A stretch of 64,000 nucleotides of DNA from the IMG/VR virus record IMGVR_UViG_3300042465_005589, positions 62,001 through 126,000 of that record; one strand, 5' to 3'. The notes below the pieces were generated by a model, which made no database searches, was not told the DNA's origin, and was given only the letters and a program-made list of their open reading frames with translations. Within the stretch, counting starts at the first letter, position 1, and each line of letters opens with the position of its first letter. The translations under genes and the position numbers were made by a program. This document shows, in pieces, positions 56,581 through 64,000 of this stretch.

Positions 56581-56766
56581 TTACTTTTTTAGAGTAACCT
56601 TTCTTGTAACCTTTTTATTTTTAACAATTGGTTTTTTATACTTAATTTCAACCTCATAAGGACCAAACTTATTTTTTGATGTGTCATATCTCCAAATAAT
56701 TATCTCATCTGGGTCATCGTAAACTTGTTCCCACTTTTTACCTAAATCTTTTACTATTATACTCAT
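56581..56766 (-). CDS. Hypothetical protein
   Basis: 61-aa ORF. Confidence 0.65.
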   Translation of the reverse strand: MSIIVKDLGKKWEQVYDDPDEIIIWRYDTSKNKFGPYEVEIKYKKPIVKNKKVTRKVTLKK

Positions 56767-56802
56767 AGGACAAAATTAAACAATATTTACAATATTTCAA
56801 AA

Positions 56803-57000
56803 TTATTCATCTTCTTTTTTATGTTTTTTCCATTCAAACCAAAACGCCATTAAAACTAATAGATTCATACCAAATGACGCAATAATTTCATATAAATCTT
56901 CATAAACATTCATCGTTAGATGAACATGACCAATAACCCAAAAAGGTACCGCTAAATTACTACCCATCCAAATAATAAAAAACAATAAAAATTTCTTCAT
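56803..57000 (-). CDS. Small 2-TM membrane protein
   Basis: Hydrophobic segments. Confidence 0.7.
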   Translation of the reverse strand: MKKFLLFFIIWMGSNLAVPFWVIGHVHLTMNVYEDLYEIIASFGMNLLVLMAFWFEWKKHKKEDE

Positions 57001-57011
57001 ATTAATAAATA

Positions 57012-57824
57012 CTACTTATTTAATAAATCCCAAGCTCTTGCCAATCTTGTTAAACCAATACCAGCACCAAATCTTGGAAAGAAGTCCAAAGATAAGAATT
57101 CTTCCAATTCTTTTTCCACTCTATCTTTTCCAAATAACTCAAATAACTTGGAAGAATACCCACCACCTTCGATTGAGTAGAACATCTCTCTCATTTTAAC
57201 AACATCACAACTTCTCTCAGCAGAACCAATAGTTTCTTGACCAAAAAGGATTACGTCAACCTTATTGAAGATGTTGTCTGAATCGTGTTTCATATTCCAA
57301 AATGGGTTTGTTCTAATTGGAAAGTTTTGTAATGATATAACCTCACTTTTTTCTTTCCACATTCTTGATTCGTGTTCATCTTCTAAAATAGAAACATCTC
57401 CATATTCTTTACAAACTTGTTCGTAATCTACGGGAACTGGTTCTGAGAAACCTAAATATTGTAATAATTCACGTTCTAATACAAGTAAATGAAGCATACC
57501 ACCCTTTGATTCAAATTCAAACATTGGAAAGATTAACTCGTGACGACCCGGAATTGGATTTTTCTCTTCTCTATATGATGTTGAAATACAGAACACTCCA
57601 TCCCACTCAGGATTCTTCAATAATTCCAATTCTAACCACATTTGTCCTGTTTGTGGTAATGGCCAAATTTCACCCCCATATTCAAAGGTTTTTACTGAAT
57701 GTGGGTTTTCACAAGCAGCTAAAATAGATAATCTTGATTGAGTTGGGACCTCAATAAAATTCTTACTAACGAAGAATGTTCTTAATTTTTGTACCAGTTC
57801 GTGGTAAGTTTTTGTGTTTTTCAT
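57012..57824 (-). CDS. Class II aaRS-like catalytic domain lacking anticodon domain (AsnRS2/archaeal-type asparagine synthetase-like)
   Basis: LPQTGQ, STSYREE..RH..FPMFEFE, ETIGSAER, GAGIGLTRL. Confidence 0.82.
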   Translation of the reverse strand: MKNTKTYHELVQKLRTFFVSKNFIEVPTQSRLSILAACENPHSVKTFEYGGEIWPLPQTGQMWLELELLKNPEWDGVFCISTSYREEKNPIPGRHELIFPMFEFESKGGMLHLLVLERELLQYLGFSEPVPVDYEQVCKEYGDVSILEDEHESRMWKEKSEVISLQNFPIRTNPFWNMKHDSDNIFNKVDVILFGQETIGSAERSCDVVKMREMFYSIEGGGYSSKLFELFGKDRVEKELEEFLSLDFFPRFGAGIGLTRLARAWDLLNK

Positions 57825-57861
57825 TGTTTTAATATTTAATTTTTATTGTTTACGTATGGGC

Positions 57862-57942
57862 AAAAAAAAGTCCCTAAAATAAAATAGGGACTTACATTTA
57901 AGTAATATAGTTGTTCGGCATGTATAATTCATATCTCTTCAT
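57862..57942 (-). promoter_or_regulatory. Candidate leader-peptide attenuator (MKRYELYMPNNYIT plus terminator)
   Basis: 14-aa uORF 57898-57942, hairpin AAGTCCCTA/TAGGGACTT plus T8. Confidence 0.5.
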
Positions 57943-58017
57943 TGGTAATAAATATACTATATTAAGATAAAAAATCAATAAGCTTTACATTTTAATATTT
58001 GAGAATATATTTATAGT

Positions 58018-58203
58018 ATGAACGATGAACAAAAAGCCCAATTGTATAGCCAACTAACATATAATTATGATAGATTAGCTAATGAAATCTCCTCAATTAA
58101 AGGTGAGAGTATTGATTTAAATCAACCACAAAAAGAAAGAATTCAAAAACTTCAGGTTGAACAGCATAAAATTATGAGTCGAGTTCAACAATTAATGAAT
58201 TAG
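58018..58203 (+). CDS. Hypothetical coiled-coil protein
   Basis: 61-aa ORF after TATTTATA. Confidence 0.7.
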   Translation: MNDEQKAQLYSQLTYNYDRLANEISSIKGESIDLNQPQKERIQKLQVEQHKIMSRVQQLMN

Positions 58204-58231
58204 ACTATATTTATAAACAAAAACAAAAATT

Positions 58232-58564
58232 ATGTTATTAGCAAAAATTAATCCATCAGCAGAAAAAATTTCAGAAATTACACCATTTAGTTCGGTAACT
58301 ATATCTTTAGATTATATGACCGCAATTGCAAGACCGTATGTAGCAGGAGCTACTCAAACAAATTTCTCAATTGAATTTGGTGCTATTACTAAAGTTGACG
58401 GTGTTCCTACATCATTTCGAGCTCAAAATCAAAGTAACCTAACATTAACCTCAGAAGAATTATCTTCATGGGGAACTAACGACGAAGTTTTATTAACTAT
58501 CATAGCTAGTAAATTAGGTGTTGCGATTGAAGGTTACGAAAACGTAGACAACGGAAATTTCTAA
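58232..58564 (+). CDS. Hypothetical protein
   Basis: 110-aa ORF. Confidence 0.72.
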   Translation: MLLAKINPSAEKISEITPFSSVTISLDYMTAIARPYVAGATQTNFSIEFGAITKVDGVPTSFRAQNQSNLTLTSEELSSWGTNDEVLLTIIASKLGVAIEGYENVDNGNF

Positions 58565-58595
58565 AAAACAAACCCCCAATTAAGGGGGTTTTTTA

Positions 58596-59288
58596 TTACA
58601 CAAACTCTACTTCGTTTGTATCCGGATTCCAATCAACGGTTAATGGTTTTTGAGTATATATGTATCTCTCATCTAAAACCGCAGTGTTAAAGTGGTGTGT
58701 GTCTCCTTTTCTAACGTAACCATATCCGGTGTGGATGTGACCAACATTATGAAGTTTAACATTCAATCTCTCTAATCTTTCAGTCAATAACTCACAACCC
58801 AAATTATCGTATCTTCTACCATCAACGGTGTCTAATATTCCAAATGCCGGACAGTGAGTAAGTAAGATGTCAGTATCATCAGGGATTCCTTCCCATTTAC
58901 CCGCCAATCCCATACCATTTTTAGGTAAGTTAAACGCCCATCCGTGAAATTCAGGTTGCCAAGGACTACCGTAGATTTTTACTTCTCTTTCGTCACCAAT
59001 TTGGATTTTGAATTCACTATCTTGAAGATATGTGATACCGGTGTAGAAATCTAATATTTCTTTTACCTTATCAACATTATCTTGAAAACCCCAATCGTGA
59101 TTTCCGGCTACGAATACCTTGTGAGTATAACCTTTAATGTCGTTAAACCATTTACAGAACTCTCTGATTTCGTGTTCGTAACCCATAGATGATATATCAC
59201 CACTATGGACTAGTAAGTCACCACCAGGTAAGTCGGCAGTTATTTGTTTGTGTTTGTTGTGTGTGTCACTTATTAATGTTATTTTCAT
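58596..59288 (-). CDS. Metallophosphoesterase (MPPED/239FB-like)
   Basis: ISDTH, HSGD, AGNHD, THCP, GHIH. Confidence 0.92.
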   Translation of the reverse strand: MKITLISDTHNKHKQITADLPGGDLLVHSGDISSMGYEHEIREFCKWFNDIKGYTHKVFVAGNHDWGFQDNVDKVKEILDFYTGITYLQDSEFKIQIGDEREVKIYGSPWQPEFHGWAFNLPKNGMGLAGKWEGIPDDTDILLTHCPAFGILDTVDGRRYDNLGCELLTERLERLNVKLHNVGHIHTGYGYVRKGDTHHFNTAVLDERYIYTQKPLTVDWNPDTNEVEFV

Positions 59289-59306
59289 AATTTCTAAATT
59301 TCTATA

Positions 59307-59507
59307 TCATTTGTTTAAATTTTTATACTCTGTTAATGTTAGGTATAAATCAATTCCCAATTTTTTTTTTAACATAGTGTTAATCTCATCTTGATTACCG
59401 GCGTACGTATTTGAATTAAATAATAATTCGTGCATTATTTCAAGTGTCTTTTCTTTTTCTACCCCAATATTTGCTAAAGTTTCAATAATGTATTTTTCTT
59501 CTTCCAT
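59307..59507 (-). CDS. Hypothetical protein
   Basis: 66-aa ORF. Confidence 0.6.
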   Translation of the reverse strand: MEEEKYIIETLANIGVEKEKTLEIMHELLFNSNTYAGNQDEINTMLKKKLGIDLYLTLTEYKNLNK

Positions 59508-59510
59508 AAT

Positions 59511-59747
59511 CTAAATTTCTATAACATTTGTCATTATATCTCCGACACTGTAATATCCGGTTAATGATTCAAAATTTGGGGGACACACATCACTATTTTG
59601 AAACTCAATTTCGTAATGTCTATCTTCTTCGGGGCTAGATTCAACCATCCCTTTTTTTAACGCCTCATATTTGTCTTCAGCCTCAACTTTAAATAATTGT
59701 AAGTCGTTATCAAACAAACTTAAAATTCCTACTACATAATTTTTCAT
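59511..59747 (-). CDS. Hypothetical protein
   Basis: 78-aa ORF. Confidence 0.65.
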   Translation of the reverse strand: MKNYVVGILSLFDNDLQLFKVEAEDKYEALKKGMVESSPEEDRHYEIEFQNSDVCPPNFESLTGYYSVGDIMTNVIEI

Positions 59748-60076
59748 TCTTCTTCTTCTTTTTTATCGTCAAAATCAAATCCATCTCCAAATAAATCATC
59801 ACCTTTATAATCGGGATGTTTTTCGTGCATATCGGTAATACCTTTAACCCAAAGGGCGGATACTCCAATAACAACAAACGCCATTAATCCATATACTTCT
59901 AACATAACTTATTTTTTTTATTACTTAATTCTTTATGTCGTTCTTCATCACCCGGTTTATCATAATTCCAAGTTAAAACATATTCAAGTGTGATTAACTC
60001 TTTATATTCATCAACAGTTAAATTACCTCTGAGTTCTTCTGCAACTTTATTCCAAACTTCTTCAAATGTGCTCATA

Positions 60077-60724
60077 TTAATCCCACCATCTCTCGATGTT
60101 TTTTTCCATTATTTTGAATAACAATTTTCTTGCTCTGTCGTGGTTGATATGTCCGATATTCATAGCGATTCTTTGTTTTTTATCGGTACTGACGTTATTG
60201 TGGTCTTCTAATGAAAAAATACCTTCACCATTTAAAACCCTTTTGTAGATTAGTGGATATTTCTTGAAGTAATCGTCAAAATTCTCTTCCAATAATCGTG
60301 ATTCCCAAGAACTATAACCTTCTTTTCCCGGCACGGGTTCAAACCAATGTTTTGTATTATGATAGTCAGTGTATTCACCTGAATAAAACTCATCTTGAAC
60401 TAACCCCATCAATTTTACACACAATCTCATTCTTTTTGCATCTTCTTGAGCTCGAGTATGTATGTCCCTACGACCAATATAGTCAGCTTGTCCTGATAAC
60501 TTATGTTTCATTATATCAAAGATGTAATGACTGTCCCAGTTTCGGTCTTTCCATATGATTGGGAACCAATAAATTAAGTTTTTTACACCCATTTTAATAT
60601 ATTTGTGGTAATATTGACCATCGTGATACCACCATAACGGTATAAATCGTAATTTTCTCATAATCCACGATTCTTTTTCTCTTTCTTCCGACCATTGGTC
60701 AAATATGTCTTTTTCTGGTTCCAT
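60077..60724 (-). CDS. Hypothetical aromatic-rich phage protein
   Basis: WFPIIWKDRNWD. Confidence 0.75.
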   Translation of the reverse strand: MEPEKDIFDQWSEEREKESWIMRKLRFIPLWWYHDGQYYHKYIKMGVKNLIYWFPIIWKDRNWDSHYIFDIMKHKLSGQADYIGRRDIHTRAQEDAKRMRLCVKLMGLVQDEFYSGEYTDYHNTKHWFEPVPGKEGYSSWESRLLEENFDDYFKKYPLIYKRVLNGEGIFSLEDHNNVSTDKKQRIAMNIGHINHDRARKLLFKIMEKNIERWWD

Positions 60725-60880
60725 TTTTAATATTTTCTACAAAGATAAGTAATTATTTAAAATAAAAAAAGGAATTAGTAAAACTAACTCCTTTTTTTTT
60801 TGGGTAAGATATGTAGGCACTCAGATGTGAGTGATAGAACTTATAAATATACGTAAATTAAAAAAAATACGTATAAATCA

Positions 60881-61102
60881 CTATATAACACCATTTTTTT
60901 GAATATCTTCACTATGTTCACTATAATTGTTATTAAAATCCTTTAATAATGTGATTTTTAAATCCTTACTCATCTCAAAACTCCATTTATTCATAAAATT
61001 ATTAAATAAGTTAAGAGAACCTTCTATGTGGTCCTTTGTTTTAGAGGAAAATAATACTTTATTAACCCAATCAAATTCCTGATAGATATTATATACGTCC
61101 AT
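60881..61102 (-). CDS. Hypothetical protein
   Basis: 73-aa ORF. Confidence 0.6.
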   Translation of the reverse strand: MDVYNIYQEFDWVNKVLFSSKTKDHIEGSLNLFNNFMNKWSFEMSKDLKITLLKDFNNNYSEHSEDIQKNGVI

Positions 61103-61386
61103 TATTTTTTAGTTCTCATAATTTTACTTAAATTTTGAAACTCTGACATCATTTTATTCATATCAGGCAACCCATTCATTATCTCTGTAGGATTAATGTT
61201 AAACATTTGAGTTGGAATTGATTTTTTCATTTCCATATATGTGTTAAACAGTTGTTTACCATATTTTTTCCAAAATTTATACCCCAAAATAATCATGGTT
61301 AGTTGCAGAATCACGAAAATCGTTAAAATTACATTTAGATACATAGTTTTTTTCTTAATGATAAGGCGTTTCTTGATAAATGTCAA
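61102..61386 (-). CDS. Single-TM hypothetical protein
   Basis: Hydrophobic N-terminus. Confidence 0.6.
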   Translation of the reverse strand: MTFIKKRLIIKKKTMYLNVILTIFVILQLTMIILGYKFWKKYGKQLFNTYMEMKKSIPTQMFNINPTEIMNGLPDMNKMMSEFQNLSKIMRTKK

Positions 61387-61679
61387 ATATTAAACTATAT
61401 TTATCACATATGAAGAAAGCGTTTGAATTTTTCTTAAATAAACTCTTGAAAAAAGAGATTGACCTACTTTTTGGGGTTGATAGTATTATTGTTGTTAATT
61501 ATATCAAATATTCCACAAATAATAAATCATTAACCATTGATTGCAAGTTATTAACTACCGACCCTGAGATATGTATTGAAACATATCCTGTAGGGTTAGA
61601 ATGTCTAGTGATGGAAAGTTGGGGATGGATGGGTTGTCAGGAAAATATTACCTTAACCCATTCAATAGACCTTAAATAA
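61380..61679 (+). CDS. Hypothetical protein
   Basis: ORF; start probably MKKAF. Confidence 0.6.
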   Translation: MSNIKLYLSHMKKAFEFFLNKLLKKEIDLLFGVDSIIVVNYIKYSTNNKSLTIDCKLLTTDPEICIETYPVGLECLVMESWGWMGCQENITLTHSIDLK

Positions 61680-61866
61680 ATAAGTGTACGTCAGATTGAA
61701 TTAACCCTTCTATCACAAATTCATCAAACACGTCTTGGACGACCTCAGAAAAATTTCTTTTTGAGTCGTTATTTCTAATTTTAGTTACTTCATTAGAGAA
61801 TTCTTTGAATACTCCTGAAATATGAGCGAAATAGTACATTTCCTCAACGTGTTCTTCGTTTGACAT
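61672..61866 (-). CDS. Hypothetical protein
   Basis: 64-aa ORF. Confidence 0.55.
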   Translation of the reverse strand: MSNEEHVEEMYYFAHISGVFKEFSNEVTKIRNNDSKRNFSEVVQDVFDEFVIEGLIQSDVHLFI

Positions 61867-61987
61867 GATATTATAAAGGGTTTAAGGGGTTATTTATACC
61901 CATAATTATAGTCTTTTTTATTTTTTTTGTCAATTACATTTGATTATTATTTAATTTAAACTTATATTTTCTAAAAATACTTAAAAT

Positions 61988-62413
61988 ATGAAAAAAATTC
62001 AAACAGGTGATACAGTAAAAGTACACTACACAGGGAAATTAGAAGATGGGTCTATTTTTGATACGTCATTAGCTGAAGGTCGTGAGCCGATTGAAGTAAC
62101 TTTAGGTCAGGGACAATTAATTCCGGGATTTGAAGCTGGGTTAATTGACATGAGTGAAGGTGAGAAAAAAACAGTTGAGATTGAATCTGCGGACGCTTAT
62201 GGTGACCCAAGACCTGAAATGATTAATGAAGTACCTAAAGCTAATGTTCCTGAAGGAGTACAATCTGGAGAAATGTTACAAGGTATGGGACCACAAGGAC
62301 CAGTTAATGTAAAGGTGGTATCTGTAACTGAAGAAACTGTTACATTAGATGCTAATCACCCATTAGCAGGTAAAAAATTAATTTTTGATTTAGAAATTGT
62401 TAGTATCTCTTAA
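61988..62413 (+). CDS. FKBP-type peptidyl-prolyl isomerase (SlyD/SlpA-like, no His-rich tail)
   Basis: VKVHYTGKLEDG..FD, LIPGFE, DANHPLAGKKL. Confidence 0.93.
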   Translation: MKKIQTGDTVKVHYTGKLEDGSIFDTSLAEGREPIEVTLGQGQLIPGFEAGLIDMSEGEKKTVEIESADAYGDPRPEMINEVPKANVPEGVQSGEMLQGMGPQGPVNVKVVSVTEETVTLDANHPLAGKKLIFDLEIVSIS

Positions 62414-62438
62414 TGAGATATTAACAATTTTTTGTTAT

Positions 62439-62828
62439 TTAATCATACATTTTATCAGCATCTTTCGGGTGCGATTTTTCGTATTTTTTAATTATTGAAC
62501 CGGACTTTGCGTTAGCCTCATCTTCATTTTTACCACCAATATCACCACCTCTATCTCTATTGAGAATTGTTCGTTGATATTCATGAATCCACTCATGAGT
62601 TAATGTTCTTAAAATATCGCGATTCATTCTCCCTTTAGATAAGACGAATATTTCACTATTGTCATTTCTAAGACCTGTAGTCATATTTGTGTCTCTCTTA
62701 CCTACAAAAATAATGGTTAAGTCTCTTTTCAAGGGGCATTCTGTTTGCAAGTAACTAATGAAATTATTAAAAAATTTAAAATTATCTTTAGGTATATCAG
62801 AATTAATATGTTTAATTGTAATTTTCAT
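62439..62828 (-). CDS. HExxH zincin-like protein
   Basis: LTHEWIHEYQ..EDEAN. Confidence 0.68.
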   Translation of the reverse strand: MKITIKHINSDIPKDNFKFFNNFISYLQTECPLKRDLTIIFVGKRDTNMTTGLRNDNSEIFVLSKGRMNRDILRTLTHEWIHEYQRTILNRDRGGDIGGKNEDEANAKSGSIIKKYEKSHPKDADKMYD

Positions 62829-62879
62829 ATTTTATAAATATATCACAATTGCTAAGTATTTATATATAAAAGATTAAAC

Positions 62880-63470
62880 ATGTCAAAAAAATTAATAATA
62901 ACTGAAGAAGAAAAAGATGAAATAAAATCTTTACACAATATTAATGAACAAATTGGGTTTGAGGAAATTATTAACTATGTTAAAAATTTATTAAATAATA
63001 TGGGTAAGGGAACTGAGTCTAAACCAAACACCAATATTGTTACAAGTAATATAACATCTGATGATGACATTTATAAGGGTATTTTAGAATGTATCGGGGC
63101 TAAACCAACAAAAAATAATATGTTATTTATGTATGCTTGGAGACAAGCCGAAGGAGGTGGGTCATCAAACAACCCCTTTAATACCACTCAAAAATGGGCA
63201 AATGCAACAATTCTTAAAAATAGTTCTGCTGGTGTTAAAAACTATAAAACACCTGAAGATGGAATACAAGCAACTTGTAAAACATTAAAAAATGGTAGGT
63301 ACCAAAGTATTATAGACGGGTTTAAAAATGATGTGGGACTATCCAAATTAACAGATGCTGTTGTAAATTCGCCTTGGGGTACTAAGGATTTATTACGTAC
63401 AGTAACTCAAGGATATATCGCTGGTAATACACCAAAACCAAAACCAATTAATAGAACTGAAATCGTTTAA
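62880..63470 (+). CDS. Leader-bearing lysozyme-like (putative muramidase/glucosaminidase) protein
   Basis: WRQAEGG..NNPFNT..GVKNY..GIQAT. Confidence 0.62.
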   Translation: MSKKLIITEEEKDEIKSLHNINEQIGFEEIINYVKNLLNNMGKGTESKPNTNIVTSNITSDDDIYKGILECIGAKPTKNNMLFMYAWRQAEGGGSSNNPFNTTQKWANATILKNSSAGVKNYKTPEDGIQATCKTLKNGRYQSIIDGFKNDVGLSKLTDAVVNSPWGTKDLLRTVTQGYIAGNTPKPKPINRTEIV

Positions 63471-63498
63471 ACAAGAAAACCGACATCAGTCGGTTTTT

Positions 63499-63852
63499 TT
63501 ATTTAATAAATTGTAGTAAAACATAACATAGTTTGTATCCTGTGAACGCCCCTAAAGCGGAAGGTATCGGGAACACAATTAATTTACCCAAGTCAGTTAC
63601 GTATTTTGGACGGTTCACAATTTTACCCATATAGAAGTAATATACAATATACCCCACCAAAACAGCAATATCTGTTCGTGTTGCAATAAAAACCACTAAG
63701 GTGGCACCTAAGAATCCAAAAGTAAAATTGTCTCTTACACCTTCCCAAACTTCTTTGTTTGAGGCGGACTCATACTCCTTAACAATTTTTTTAATTTTTA
63801 CTTTATTCTTTTTAAAGTAATTATTCTCCGATTCTATATTTTGCTCTTCCAT
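63499..63852 (-). CDS. Membrane protein
   Basis: Three hydrophobic segments. Confidence 0.7.
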   Translation of the reverse strand: MEEQNIESENNYFKKNKVKIKKIVKEYESASNKEVWEGVRDNFTFGFLGATLVVFIATRTDIAVLVGYIVYYFYMGKIVNRPKYVTDLGKLIVFPIPSALGAFTGYKLCYVLLQFIK

Positions 63853-64000
63853 CTAATGTTTCCGCTGTAAATTTATCCTTATTTAAGAATGTTAGTTCTA
63901 ATTGAATACTTGCTATTAATAATTCTTCAACTTGGTCCCAAGTTATCAAACCTTTCATCCATAATGTATGGAGTGACCTCATTATTTCAAATTCTGTTGC

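Noticed and set aside
6699-60558. Antisense or nested ORFs (e.g. 6923, 8541, 12181, 34826, 40475, 46776, 52324, 60298)
   Set aside because: Shadows of real genes on another frame or strand; no motifs or promoters
1-64000. CRISPR array
   Set aside because: No regularly spaced 25-45 bp repeats and no cas genes; the recurring TAGTCAGGACAGGATTCGAACCTG is a tRNA acceptor/T-arm with irregular spacing
1-64000. Stop-codon reassignment
   Set aside because: Known genes are intact in the standard code, TAG and TGA end genes, and no suppressor tRNA was seen

Overview
64 kb of an AT-rich, gene-dense genome, most likely a large (jumbo) phage of a Bacteroidota host. This is inferred from TTTG-N~19-TAnnTTTG host-type promoters, Bacteroidota-type lipoproteins, a GH19 endolysin, holins and free-standing homing endonucleases; no capsid, terminase or polymerase gene is in the window. 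Layout: (1) 1.8-5.5 kb and 14.4-26 kb form a minus-strand RNA island with 24 readable tRNA genes (19 amino acids, no Ala, no encoded CCA). These are interleaved with an ~880-nt GOLLD-like RNA, a possible minimal RNase P-like RNA, circularly permuted YrlA-like RNAs, tRNA shells whose anticodon arm is replaced by variable cargo, and many orphan stem-closed RNAs. (2) 7.9-13.2 kb is an RNA-repair cluster. (3) 26.9-31.5 kb holds six glycosyltransferase-like genes. (4) 31.6-63.5 kb holds many unrelated proteins sharing an N-terminal (I/L)-x-E leader, preceded by a TATTTAT motif (candidate head-packaged cargo), plus dnaK, an FKBP, an aaRS-like asparagine synthetase with a candidate Asn attenuator, and lysis genes. 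All calls were made by eye; no folding, tRNAscan or homology search was run, and coordinates of RNA ends are approximate.
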